A DNA stretch of 64,000 nt from positions 256,001 to 320,000 of the forward strand of contig CAWJCS010000004.1 of NCBI GenBank assembly GCA_963841435.1, given 5' to 3'. The notes under the pieces were generated by a model, which made no database searches, was not told the origin of the DNA, and saw nothing but the letters and a program-made list of their open reading frames with translations. Both the position numbers and the translations under genes were made by a program. The first letter of the stretch is position 1. Each line of letters begins with the position of its first letter. The DNA comes from an uncultured delta proteobacterium. Its GTDB lineage: Bacteria > Myxococcota_A > Polyangia > Polyangiales > Polyangiaceae. This document shows, piece by piece, positions 9,414 through 20,400 of the stretch.

Positions 9414-10196
9414 GTGAGCGTGGCGTTGCTCGCCGTCGGTCTGGTCGCCGAGCCTTCCCCAGCGAGTGCCCAGAGTTGCCACCCGAGCGCGCTCGCGGAT
9501 CCGGAGCGCGTGGGGGCGACGGTCACCCTGCGCGAGGAGAGTGCAGTCTTTCGCACGGAGCGTTACGAGGGCCACTACGAGGGCCTGGTGCTCGGGGGAG
9601 GCTTCGCGTCGTCGCGATGGTCCGCGAGCGTCGCCTTTCCCGCCTACCGGCTGGTGAGAAACGGCCAGCGGCTCATGGGCCCGGGCGACATGGCGCTCGG
9701 CGCGAGCGCGGAGGTGCTTCGTTCCGCGCCGGCCGACTCGCACCTCGGCCTCGCGTTCATGTCGACGCTTCCGACGGGAAGCGCGAAGGAGGATCTTGGC
9801 ATGGGGCACACCATGCTCATGCCGGGCCTGTTCGGCGATGTCCGCCGGGGTCGCCTGCGCGCCGACGCCGGCCTCGCGTACGGCACCGCCGTCGGCGCGA
9901 GCGGCGACCACGCCGGGCACGTTCACGGCTCGAGCCCGCTCGTTGACCCCATGAATCGCTCGGAGGTCGCCCTTTCGCTCGGCGCGTCCCTTCGAGCTTC
10001 CGACGGCTTTGGCCTGCACGTCGCCATGCGGGGTGCGGTGCCGGTGGGCAGCGAGCCCGGAGCCGCTCGGGGCATCCTCGCCCTTGGCGTGACGGCGGCC
10101 GAAGGCCCAGTCGGCACGAGCGTGGGAGTCGAGCTCCCCGTCGTGGGCGCGCCGTTTTCGTCGAAGCTGGTGCTCGAGCTCGTCGTGCGGCCCTGA
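9414..10196 (+). CDS. Putative outer-membrane beta-barrel protein with His-rich loop (start uncertain; ORF opens at 9360)
   Basis: Signal peptide ending ASA-QSCHP, amphipathic beta-strand pattern, GDMALG and LPTG motifs, GDHAGHVHG loop. Confidence 0.6.
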   Translation: MSVALLAVGLVAEPSPASAQSCHPSALADPERVGATVTLREESAVFRTERYEGHYEGLVLGGGFASSRWSASVAFPAYRLVRNGQRLMGPGDMALGASAEVLRSAPADSHLGLAFMSTLPTGSAKEDLGMGHTMLMPGLFGDVRRGRLRADAGLAYGTAVGASGDHAGHVHGSSPLVDPMNRSEVALSLGASLRASDGFGLHVAMRGAVPVGSEPGAARGILALGVTAAEGPVGTSVGVELPVVGAPFSSKLVLELVVRP

Positions 10197-10226
10197 CCTC
10201 GACTTGGCCCCCGCCGCGCCGCGAGG

Positions 10227-11144
10227 GTGTATGAGGAGCCGTTGACCCAGAAGCCCAGGCCGGAGCCCTCGAAGCTCGACTACGAGATCCGCGTGGTCGG
10301 CGCGCCACGCACACCGCTGCGCGATTTTTATCACGCCTTGCTCCGGCTTTCGTGGGCCGCCACGCTGGGCGTCGTGGCGGGCGGGTACTGCGTGGTCAAT
10401 GCGCTGTTCGCCCTGATCTATCTCGAGGTGGGCGGCATCGCGAACGCGCGCCCGGGGTCGTTCGCCGACGCCTTTTACTTCAGCGTCGAGACCATGGGCA
10501 CCATCGGTTACGGCGTGATGGCGCCCCAAACGGACGCCGCGAACGTGCTCATGGTCGTCGAATCGACGCTCGGGCTCGTGCTCACGGCTCTCGCCACGGG
10601 CCTCGTGTTCGCGAAGTTCTCGCGCCCCACGGCGCGCCTGATGTTCTCGCGGCGTGCCACGATATCCCCGATGAACGGGGTGCCCACGCTCGCGTTCCGC
10701 CTCGGCAATCTGCGCAAGAATCTCATCGTCGAAGCCACGGTACGCGTGAGCCTGGTGCGGACCGAACGCACGCTCGAGGGTAAGGATTTCTACCGCATGC
10801 TCGACCTGAAGCTGGCCCGCGATCACATCCTGTCTTTGAGTCGCGCCTGGACGGTGCTCCACGCCATCGACGAAGCGAGCCCCCTCCACGGCGACACGCC
10901 GGATTCGCTCGCACGCGACGGCGTGGAGATCCTCGTGACAGTGAGTGGCATGGACGATACCTGGATGCAGATCGTCCACGCGAGCCACCGCTACCTGGAC
11001 AAGGACATCGCGTTCGGCGCTCGCCTCTCGGACGTGCTGACCGACGAGGGCGCCATCCTCACGCTCGATCTCACCCGCTTCGACGCGGTCGAGCCCACCG
11101 AGCCGACCGAGTCGTTTCCGTTCCCCCGCGCCAAGGCTCAGTGA
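10227..11144 (+). CDS. Inward-rectifier potassium channel (KirBac family)
   Basis: DFYHALLRLSW slide helix, two TMs, filter FSVETMGTIGYG, FAKFSRP, WTVLHAIDEASPL. Confidence 0.93.
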   Translation: MYEEPLTQKPRPEPSKLDYEIRVVGAPRTPLRDFYHALLRLSWAATLGVVAGGYCVVNALFALIYLEVGGIANARPGSFADAFYFSVETMGTIGYGVMAPQTDAANVLMVVESTLGLVLTALATGLVFAKFSRPTARLMFSRRATISPMNGVPTLAFRLGNLRKNLIVEATVRVSLVRTERTLEGKDFYRMLDLKLARDHILSLSRAWTVLHAIDEASPLHGDTPDSLARDGVEILVTVSGMDDTWMQIVHASHRYLDKDIAFGARLSDVLTDEGAILTLDLTRFDAVEPTEPTESFPFPRAKAQ

Positions 11145-11992
11145 TAAAGCTCGAGCTCGGCGAGCTTGGCTCGCGCATCGAGCGCGTGCGAGCTCTTGGG
11201 AAAGCGGCGAATGAAGGCGCGAAACGAGGTCTTCGCGTCGTTGTAAGCCTGCATGTCGGCCTGCGCCGTCGCGAGCAGGAACGTCGCGTCGTCCATGACC
11301 TCGCGATCGGCCGACGCTTCGGAGAGAGCGACCAGCATGGGGATGGCGTCGCGCTGCAAGCCGAGGTTGATGAGCGCGCGGGCGAGCTCGTAACTCGCGC
11401 TCGGTGAGTGCGCGGCGTCGCTCTTGTACGCGAGCGACTCGCGCAGCTGCTGTGCCGCTTCCTGCCAGCGACCCATGCGAGCATGGTCGATGCCGGTCTG
11501 GTAGGCGATGAGCGACAGCTCCTCGCGAGCGCGCGCGGCGGCGGCCTCGAACACGGCGCGCTCGGTCGGCGTGAGCTCGGCCTTGGCCACCTCGGGAAAG
11601 CCGTCGATGATCTCGCGGCGCTTGTTGTCTACGATGAGCTTGTAGAAGTCGGACGCCTGGCGCCGCGCGTGGAGCTCCGCCTCCTCGGTTTGCGCGGCGG
11701 CTTTCTGCTGCTTCTCGAGCTGCGCCACGCGCGTCTGGGCGTCGCGCGTTTCGGCGCGCACCGTGTCGAGGCGGATGTCCCAGGCGAGCTTCACGAAGCC
11801 GAGCACTACGGCAATCGTGACGGCGTAGGCCGTGGCAGTGTTCACGAAGAGGCGCCGTTCCTGCGTCTGGTGGCGCTTGGCGATGCTCTTCACGTCCGAC
11901 GCGAGCGCGTTGACCAGGTTGTTGGTCTTGATGGAGAGCGAGCGGCTCTCGACGATTTCGCGCTTGATCTCCTCGAGGTCGACCTCGTCCAT
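11138..11992 (-). CDS. Membrane-anchored coiled-coil/TPR protein (CpoB/YbgF/BamD-like C-terminus)
   Basis: Likely ATG 11992 (MDEVDLEEIKRE), one TM, coiled coil, TPRs ending DATFLLA...FIRRFPKSSHA. Confidence 0.75.
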   Translation of the reverse strand: MDEVDLEEIKREIVESRSLSIKTNNLVNALASDVKSIAKRHQTQERRLFVNTATAYAVTIAVVLGFVKLAWDIRLDTVRAETRDAQTRVAQLEKQQKAAAQTEEAELHARRQASDFYKLIVDNKRREIIDGFPEVAKAELTPTERAVFEAAAARAREELSLIAYQTGIDHARMGRWQEAAQQLRESLAYKSDAAHSPSASYELARALINLGLQRDAIPMLVALSEASADREVMDDATFLLATAQADMQAYNDAKTSFRAFIRRFPKSSHALDARAKLAELELYH

Positions 11993-12180
11993 GACTTCAG
12001 GCTCACCGTATTGCCCGGGCTCGTGGGCTGCAACCGGCCCTCCCGGCGCCACCTGGGCGCCCTTCACGGCACGGGAGCGGTCGTCGCTCGCCAAGCCGCC
12101 CGGTTTGATGTAGATGGCGGTCCCGAGTAGCCCGGGCCGGTGGTGGCCTGGCGTCACAAAGGCCCCTCGGCGAGGCAAGT

Positions 12181-12744
12181 ATGGACACGAGTGACATCAG
12201 GAAAGGTCTAAAGCTCTTGATGGACGGCCAGCCCTTCGTGGTGACCGACTTTCAGTTCGTGAAGCCCGGAAAAGGGCAGGCTTTCACTCGCACCAAGCTG
12301 AAGAACATGCTCACGGGCGGCACCATCGAGCGCAACATCCGTTCGGGTGAGAAGCTCGTGGCCGCGGACGTGGAAGATCGCACGCTGCAGTTCATCTACC
12401 CCGAGGGGGACATGTACGTGTTCATGAACCCGCAGACGGGCGACCAGGTGAGCGTGCACAGAGACGCCGTCGGCGACGAGGCGGGCTTCTTGATCGACGG
12501 CATCGACGTGACCATTACCATCTACAACGGCAACCCGGTCAGCATCTCGCTGCCGCCGCACGTCGTCGTGCAGGTCGTCGAAACGGAGCCCGGCGCCCGC
12601 GGCGACACCGCCACCAACGTCCTGAAGCCCGCGAAGCTCACGACCGGCGCGACCGTGCCCGTCCCGCTCTTCGTCAACGAGGGCGACTGGATCAAGGTCG
12701 ACACGCGCACGCGCTCCTACCTCGAGCGCTCCAAAGGGCCCTAG
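12181..12744 (+). CDS. efp: Elongation factor P
   Basis: FVKPGKGQAFTRTKLKN, EPGARGDTA, KPAKLTTGA, VPLFVNEGDWIKVDTR. Confidence 0.98.
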   Translation: MDTSDIRKGLKLLMDGQPFVVTDFQFVKPGKGQAFTRTKLKNMLTGGTIERNIRSGEKLVAADVEDRTLQFIYPEGDMYVFMNPQTGDQVSVHRDAVGDEAGFLIDGIDVTITIYNGNPVSISLPPHVVVQVVETEPGARGDTATNVLKPAKLTTGATVPVPLFVNEGDWIKVDTRTRSYLERSKGP

Positions 12745-12754
12745 CACGAGGCTG

Positions 12755-14498
12755 TTAGAGCCCGCTCGTCGCGAGCAGCACCCGGCCCGACTGCACGCAC
12801 GCGACGCGCTGCCCGCCGTTGGCGACCACGCAATCCTCGAGCGCCTCGGGGTCCACGCCCGCGCCGAGCCCGAGCACCCGATGCGAAAGCCCGTCGACGA
12901 GCAGTCCGAAGGGTGTCGGCGCGACGAGCCAGGCGCCGTCGGGTGACCGTGCCGTACCGCGCGGCCAGCGCGGAACGGGTCCCGGATCGCCGATCAACAT
13001 CGGGCCGACCAGCACGGACAAGCCGCTGCCGAGGGCGGCGGGGCGGGCGACCTTCTGGGGCGCGCGCGGCGCACGCCCGCACGCTCCGGGGCGCGGCGCG
13101 AGCAGCGTGGTGACGCTCGGCGGGCCGCCGTCGAAAAATAGCGTCGCCTCGCTGCGGTCGCACGAATAAACGACGCTGAGGAACGAGCGCCCTTCGAGGC
13201 GAAGCTCGAGCGGTTCGAGCGGTGTCGCCGGCTCGACGGGCGTCACGGTGCCGCGGCCATCGACGCGCACGAGGCCGTCGGCCGTGCGCACGAGCAGCGA
13301 CCCGTTGACGTTGAAGGCGAGTGGGCTAAGGTGCGGGGTCGCCGGCGCGACCGGGTGAACGTTGACGAACATCGTCTTGGCGGCGACCGGGTCGATGGCG
13401 TCGAGCACCTCGCGCTGGAGACGCTTGCTCAGCGCGGCGCTCGTCTTCTCGAAATACCAGCCGTCGCGGGCGAGCACGCCGAACGCCTCGCGCACGCGTC
13501 CGAGCGCGAGGTTTGCTTCGAGCTCGGCGCTCGTCAAAAGAATCGAGCGTCTTGCCGAGCGGGCCGCAGGGAATCGACGCGCCGTCCGCGTCGAACAAGC
13601 GCGGTGTCGCGCCTTCGCCACACAGCGTCGCCATGAGGCGCCGTGTCGCGTCGACGCGCGAAAGCACGTCGTCGGCCGTTTTTTTGGACTTCGCGCGCGC
13701 GGCCTCGACCCCGGCCAGGCGCTCGAGCGCCTGGTGCGGCTCGGCGGGCTCGCGGGCGGGACCCGCCGCGCGATCGAGCCAGACCAGAGGGACGGCGGCC
13801 TTGGGCCCGCGCTCGGTGCCGACACTTACCGTGAACGACACGTCGTCCCTGCCGTCGCCGTCGCGGTCGCTCGTGTCGCTCGAGAGCTCGAGCGTCTCCC
13901 CCGGTGCCGCGGCCGCGATGCGCAGCGCGAGCAAGAGGGGGCGCTCCGCCGCTGGCGCGAAGGCGAGCACTGCCCCCAGGGGCGAGCGCTCGATGAGCGG
14001 CGTCTCGCAGCGCGCGCGCGCGTCGAGCGTCACGCTCTGTGCCCCGGTGCGCAGAAGCTTCGGCTCGAGCGCACAGCCCGGGCCGCTCGGAACGTAACCT
14101 GGCAGGCTTCCGAGCCGCCTCGGCTCACCGACCGCCGGAAACGACCAGAGCTCGCCGGCCCTCTGCGCGCCGCCGTCGGCCTCGGCGAAAAGGAGGGCGA
14201 CGCGATCGTCGGGGCCGTCTCCCGCGGCAAGCCCGAGCGAGAAAACGAGGCCCGGCGGCGCCGAGAGCTCCCGCCCCGACACGGTAAAGCGCGTGGCGTG
14301 CTCGGGTGCCAGCTCCGCTTTCTGGCGCGTGGCGTCGAGCTCGCTCGTGCTCGCGCTCGGGCTGGGCGCCGGGGCGCTGTCGCTCGCCGCAGGCAGCGCC
14401 GTTTGCACGCCGAAAGGTGTGTACGGCTTGTCCTCGCTGCAGCCTCGGCAGGAGCCGGCGAGCAGGCCGAGGCACGCGGCGGCGAAACGCAGGCGCAT
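12755..14498 (-). CDS. Hypothetical lipoprotein, frameshifted at ~13537
   Basis: ATG at 14498 overlaps the upstream stop (MRLRFAAACLGLLAGSC). Removing one base of the A4 run at 13536-13539 joins it to the 12755 ORF (...TLDSLTSAELEANLALG...). Contains a DRDGDGRDD motif. Confidence 0.65.
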
Positions 14499-15289
14499 CA
14501 GGTGCCGTCGAACTTCGGCGGGCGCTTCTCCACGAAGGCGTGCGTGCCTTCGCGGGCGTCGTGGGACGCAAACAGCGCGCCGAACGCTTCGGTCTCGAGC
14601 TCGCACGCGGTCGTGAGGTCGACGCCGGCGCCGCGCAGCATGAGTCGCTTGCTCGCGGCAACGGCAAGCGGCGCCTTCTTTGCGATCGTCCGCGCGACGG
14701 CGCTGGTGCGCTCCATCAGCTCGGCGTGCGGCACGACCTCGTTGACGAGCCCGATCGCCTTGGCTTCGATCGCGTCGATGGCGCGGCCGGTGAAGACCAG
14801 CTCGCGGGCGCGAGCGATGCCCACGCGGCGCAAGAGCCGCTGCGTGCCGCCGAAGCCCGGCACGAGGCCGAGCCCCACTTCGGGCTGGCCGAAGCGCGCG
14901 CGCTCCGAGGCGTAGATGAAGTCGCAAGAAAGCGCGAGCTCGGCGCCGCCGCCCAGCGCGAAACCGTTGACGGCCGCGATGACCGGGAACGGCGCCTCCT
15001 CGAGCGTGCGTCCGACGCGCTGGCCGTGCTGGCTGAGCGCGCGCGCCTCCTCGGCGCTCAGCGTCGAAAGCTCGGCTACGTCGGCGCCCGCGGCGAAGGC
15101 CCTGTCGCCCGCGCCCGTGACGATGACGGCGCGGGGGCGCGTCGCGACGGGTCGTCGGGCGAGCTCGGCCACGGCGCTCCCGACGCTGCCGAGCAACTCG
15201 CGGTTCAGGGCGTTGAGCTTGTCGGGGCGGTTCAGGGTGAGGATCGCGAGCGGACCGTCCTCGCCGACGAGCAGGATTGGCGCGCTCAT
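14498..15289 (-). CDS. Enoyl-CoA hydratase (crotonase family)
   Basis: LNRPDKLNALN, AFAAGAD, PVIAAVNGFALGGGAELALSCD, FGQPEVGLGLVPGFGGTQRL. Confidence 0.95.
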   Translation of the reverse strand: MSAPILLVGEDGPLAILTLNRPDKLNALNRELLGSVGSAVAELARRPVATRPRAVIVTGAGDRAFAAGADVAELSTLSAEEARALSQHGQRVGRTLEEAPFPVIAAVNGFALGGGAELALSCDFIYASERARFGQPEVGLGLVPGFGGTQRLLRRVGIARARELVFTGRAIDAIEAKAIGLVNEVVPHAELMERTSAVARTIAKKAPLAVAASKRLMLRGAGVDLTTACELETEAFGALFASHDAREGTHAFVEKRPPKFDGT

Positions 15290-16191
15290 TGCCCGCTCCA
15301 ACTCTTTAGCGAGGGCTCCAAACGGTTGCCCTGCGCGTCGTAGCGGTAGAAGCCCCGTCCCGTCTTCCTGCCCAGCCAACCGGCCGAAACGAGGTTGCGC
15401 AGCGTGCTCGCGGGCCGGTATTTGTCGTCGCCGAAGTCGCGGTGCAGGATCTCGCAGATCGCGAGCACGGTATCGAGGCCGACGAGGTCGGCGAGCTCGA
15501 GCGGTCCGAGCGGGTGGTTCAGGCCGAGGCGGGCGCCGAGGTCGATGTCGGGCGCGCTGCCGAGACCTTCTTCGAGAGCGAAGCAGGCCTCGTTCATGAG
15601 CGGGACGAGCATGCGGTTCACGATGAACCCGGGCCGGTCCTGGCTGTGGATCACGGTCTTTCCGAGGCGCTCGGCGAGCGCCACGACGGCCGAGAGCGTC
15701 GCCTCCGAGCTCTGCAGGCCGTGGACGATCTCGACGAGCGTCATCACGGGCACGGGGTTCATGAAATGCATGCCCGCGACCCGATCGGGGCGCCCCGTCT
15801 GCGCCGCGAGCCAGGTGATCGAGAGGCTCGAGGTGTTGCTCAAGAGCAGCGCCTCGGGACGAAGTGCCTGATCCGCCTCGCGAAACAGCCGCGCCTTGAG
15901 CTCGCGCTGCTCCGTCGCGGCCTCGACGAGCACGTCGGCCTTCGCGTACGCGCTCGTGTCACCCGGCGTGATGCGCTCGACGAGCGCCTGGGCAGCCGCG
16001 GCCTCGAGCTTGCCCTTCTGGACGCGCCGCGCGAGCCGCTTCTCGATACCCGCTCGCGCCTGTGCCGCCCTCTCGATCGATACGTCGACGAGCGTCACGT
16101 CGAGGCCCGCTGCGGCGCACACCTCCGCGATCCCCGCACCCATTTGACCGGCGCCAAGGACCACCAAAGAAGTCGTCTCGGATGCCTGCAT
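15286..16191 (-). CDS. hbd: 3-hydroxybutyryl-CoA dehydrogenase
   Basis: GAGQMGAGIA, VEAATE, SNTSSLSIT, GMHFMNPVPVMTLVE, PGFIVNR, GLNHPLGPLELADLVGLD, LGRKTGRGFY. Confidence 0.93.
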   Translation of the reverse strand: MQASETTSLVVLGAGQMGAGIAEVCAAAGLDVTLVDVSIERAAQARAGIEKRLARRVQKGKLEAAAAQALVERITPGDTSAYAKADVLVEAATEQRELKARLFREADQALRPEALLLSNTSSLSITWLAAQTGRPDRVAGMHFMNPVPVMTLVEIVHGLQSSEATLSAVVALAERLGKTVIHSQDRPGFIVNRMLVPLMNEACFALEEGLGSAPDIDLGARLGLNHPLGPLELADLVGLDTVLAICEILHRDFGDDKYRPASTLRNLVSAGWLGRKTGRGFYRYDAQGNRLEPSLKSWSGQ

Positions 16192-16343
16192 CCCTTTCTC
16201 GTTACCCGCCGCCCTCGAGGGCCGCAAGCGGACGAGGCTCTGCGGGCCGTGTCGCGCCTCCTCCTTTGCGGGTCCGCCGGACCCAGCCGCGGCGAGCCGG
16301 GTCGCATGCGGTCGCGCGGGCGGCGGGGTAGCATGCCCCTCGC

Positions 16344-17249
16344 GTGCATCGCCGGGCACACCGCGTAGCGACTCTCGTCCTGCTCTTCACCGTCGCAGCG
16401 TGCGCCGCGCTGGCGACGGGCTGCGCGCGCGAGGCGGACGACGCAACACGCGCGATCATGCTCGCGGACAAGGGCCGGAACGAGGAGGCCGCGGCGCTGC
16501 TCGAGGCGCACCTTCGCAAGCAGCCGAGCGACGTGAAAGCACGCCGGCTGCTGGTTCGGGTCTACGGTGCGACCGGCGACCTCGGCAAGGCACGCGCGCA
16601 TGCCGACGAGCTCTCGCGAACGCTCGGCGTGGCGAGCCCGATCCCCTGGCTCGAGCTCGGGTTCGCCCTCGAGCTCACGCATCGCTACGACGAGGCGCTC
16701 GCCGCCTACGACGAGGCCACGCGCGTGGCGCCGCAAAGTGCGGCCGGGCCCCGCACCGGTGGCCTGAGAGCGGCCCGCTGGGGCGAGCACGAGCTCGCGC
16801 GGCCCAGGCTCGAGGAGGCGCTGCGCCGCGATCCGCGCGACGCCGTCGCCTGGCACGGGCTCGGCGTCGTGTGCGTGGCGCTCGGCGACCTCGATGGTGC
16901 GACGCGCGCCTACACCTCCGGCCTCTTGGCCGATCCCGAAGCGCTGGAGAATCATCTCGGGCTCGCCACCGTCGCCCTTTTGCGGCACGACGCCGCTCTG
17001 GCGCTCGCCCAGTACGAAGCCATTCTCGCCCGACGCCCGCGGCACGCCGACGCCATGCTCGGCCGAGCCTGGGCGCTCGGCGAGCTCCGTCGCGACGACG
17101 AGGCCGCCCGCGCCCTCTGCGATGCCGCGGCGCTCGGCGCGAGCCCCGCGATCGTCCGAAACCAAGAACGCGCGCTCGCCGCTCGGCGTGCCGCCGTGGG
17201 TGCGCCCCCCATGCCCGGTTGCGCCGCACGGAGCGATCCGGCCCGCTGA
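16344..17249 (+). CDS. TPR-repeat lipoprotein
   Basis: Lipobox LATGC followed by multiple TPR helix pairs. Confidence 0.8.
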   Translation: MHRRAHRVATLVLLFTVAACAALATGCAREADDATRAIMLADKGRNEEAAALLEAHLRKQPSDVKARRLLVRVYGATGDLGKARAHADELSRTLGVASPIPWLELGFALELTHRYDEALAAYDEATRVAPQSAAGPRTGGLRAARWGEHELARPRLEEALRRDPRDAVAWHGLGVVCVALGDLDGATRAYTSGLLADPEALENHLGLATVALLRHDAALALAQYEAILARRPRHADAMLGRAWALGELRRDDEAARALCDAAALGASPAIVRNQERALAARRAAVGAPPMPGCAARSDPAR

Positions 17250-17413
17250 CCCATGCACGGCGTACCCGAGCCGCGAACGCGCACCGTTCCCTTGTTCCGG
17301 CTCGGGTGAACTTAGCCTGCGGTTTCGCTGGCTTGTAACGCTACGCCGCGCGGCGTAGTCTCGCGGTCCCTTCGGGTATCGCTCGAGCGACTCGAACGCC
17401 GCAAGTGGGTGAC

Positions 17414-20400
17414 ATGGACTCTCAGACGATCCGAACCGCGCTCGGCCGATTGCAGAGCGAGCCGGACTCCGACGACGCATGGGCGGCGCTGTCGGACAGC
17501 GTGCGGGACGCCGGTGGCGACCTGTCGCTCGACGAGCTGCTCCGCCTGTTCGAAAGGGCGCGTCAGCGCCACGCCGCACGCGGCGAATGGGACGCCGTTG
17601 CCAGGCTGCTCGAGGTGGCAGTGCGCGTCGCCGAGAACCAACCAGGCGAAACAGAGCTACTGCGTGAGCATGCCAGGGTTCTGAAAAACGAGCTGTTCGA
17701 CGACGAAGGCGCGCTCGTTCCGGGCCTCAGGCTGCTCGAGCTCGACCAGGGCGACGTCGAAGCAAGCCAGGCGATCGAAGAGCTCGAGAGCAAGCGTGGC
17801 CGTTCGGCCGAGCTCGCCCAGCGTTACGTCGACGAGGCTCAGGGCGCCACGGACGATACCTACAAGAGCTCGATGCTCATGCACGCCGCCGAGATGGACG
17901 TGCGCTTCGGTGGCGACGGGGTGGACCTCGCCAAGGCCATCGAGCGCCTCGAGCAAGCCGTGCGCCTCGATCCTTCGAACGCCAAGGCGGGGCGGTTGCT
18001 CGAGCTCGTCCACCGCCGCGCCGGGCATTGGGCCGAGGTCGCGCGCGTGCTCGAGCGGCTCGCCGATCGCGCCGACGAAGTGGCAGACCGCGTCGCCGCC
18101 GGCACGCGCTTAGCGCGCGTCCAAGCGCAGCACCTCGGCGATGACGAGCGCGCCGCGCGCGCCTACGAGGGCGTGATGCGCGAAGCCCCGGGTCACCCCG
18201 AGGCCATGGAATTCTTGATCGGCTTTTACTCCGGCAAGGAGCGCTGGTCCGACCTGGTCGGGCTCTACGAGCGGGAGCTCGCCGCCAAGAAGGCCGGCGA
18301 AGCGGAGCTCATCGGCGACATGCTCCAGATCGCGATGCTCTACTGGAAGAAGCTCGAGCACGCGCGCGCCGCCGAGCCGTGGTTTTCGCGCATCGCGAAG
18401 ATCCAGCCCGCGAACGAGGCGCTCTTGTCGTTTTATCGGGAGTATTGCGAGTCGCTCGGAGACGACGGGCGGCTCATGGAGGTGCTGCAGACCGCGCAGC
18501 GCTCACTCAAGGACGGCGCCAAGGAAAAGGCGGCGATTGCCGTCGAGCTCGCGCGGCTCGCCGAGGGCCAGGAGAACGCGCAAAAGGCCATCGAGCAGTA
18601 CAAGGCGGTGCTGCGCAGCGATCCCGACAATGTCGAGGCGCGCGACAAGCTCAAGGGCTTCTACAAGCAAACCCAGAGTCACAACGCGCTCGTCGAGCTC
18701 TTGCGTCAGCAGCTCGAACGCTTGCCGCAGGAAGCCTACGAGGAGCGGCTCGCCGTGCTGCGCGAGGTCGCGAGCATCTATCGCGAGTACATCCGGAGCG
18801 ACACCGCCCTACTCTCGGTCCTAAACCAGATCGTTCAGCTCGACGAGAAGCTCGACGAGCACGACGTCGAAGAGATGCGCGAGATCGTCCAGCTTTACGA
18901 CAAGCTCGGGCGGGCGCGCGACATGATCACGTACCAGCTCAAGCTCGCCGAGATCACGCCCGACCTCGACGAGAAGAAGCGCCTCTATCGCGCGGCCGGC
19001 CGGCGCTGGCTCGAGCAGTTCTCGAACGCTCAGAATGCCGCCGATGCCTTCGCTTCGCTCCTGAAGCTCGAGCCGAGCGATCGCGAGGCTCGCGAGCGCC
19101 TCGACGAGCTCTACCGCAAGCGGCGCGCCTGGCCGCAGCTGTTCGAGCTGTTCGAGGTCGAGCTCGCCGACACGGTGGGTCCTGCGCGCGGCGCCCTGAT
19201 GCTCGAGATGGCCGGGCTCGCCTCCGAGCGCCTCAATCGCGGTGACGTTGCGGTCAAGCTCTACCGCGACGTGCTCGACGGTGATCCGAGCCGGCTCGAC
19301 GTGCTCGACGCGCTCGAACGCCACGCCGAGCGCGCCAAGGACTGGGCGTCGCTCGCCGATGCCCTCGAGCGCCGCACGGGCGCGCTGAAGGACGACGCCC
19401 AGCGGCTCGTCGTGCTGCAGAAGCTCGGCACGGTCTACGCCGAGCACTTGAACGATCCACAGGCGGCCACGCGCGCCTGGCGCCGCGTGCTCGAGCTGTC
19501 GCCGGGCCATCAGCGCGCCCTGCGCGTGCTGCGCGACGCATCGCTGCAGGCCGGGGACTACGACGGCCTTGCGGAGCTCTACGCTTCGCAGAACGATTGG
19601 GAGGGGCTCGCCGAGGTGCTGAGCAACGCCGCCGATCGCGCCAAGGAGCCGGCGTTGCGCGTTGACCTGTCGTATCGTGCGGCCGCTGTCCTCGAGGACA
19701 AGCTCGGTCACCGCGAGCGCGCGTTCCGCTCCTACGAGCGCGTGCTCACCGCCGACCCGAGCGACACGCGCGCCGCTCGCGCGCTCATCCCACTTTACGA
19801 AAAGGACGAGAAGTGGGTGCGCCTGCCCGCCCTCTACGAGCTTTTGCTCGAGCACGCCGACGGTATCGAAGACAAGCTCGGGTACCTCGGCCGTCTCGTC
19901 GAGATCGCCGGCAAACATCTTTCCGATCGGCGGGCGGCCGCCGCCTACGCGCGACGGGCCTACGAGCTTGCTCCCGACAGCCCCGTGGCGCTCGATATCC
20001 TGGAGGATTCGTCGCGCGCGGCCGGTAGCTGGGACAGCTTCGTCGAGGCCGTCGAGGGGCGCCTCCGCACGCTCTCGAGCGACGCCTCGCCGACCGCGGC
20101 CGCCGCCGAAGCGGCGCCTGCCGGCAAGAAGAAGAAGAAGAGGAGGGGTGGCGAGGAGGGCACCGCCGAGCCGCGGCCGGCGCTGTCGGGGGACCTCCGC
20201 CGCCTACTCGAGCTCAAGCTCGCCCGGGTGCTCGCTGACGAGCTTGCCCGTCACGACGATGCCATCGCCGTGTACCGCGGGTTGCTCGAGCGCGACCCGC
20301 GCGATGCCGAGGCTTCCGGCGCGCTCGATCGCCTCTTCCGGTTGCTCGATCGGCGAGACGACCTGCGCACGCTGTTCGACTTGCGCGTGGGCACCGTCGA

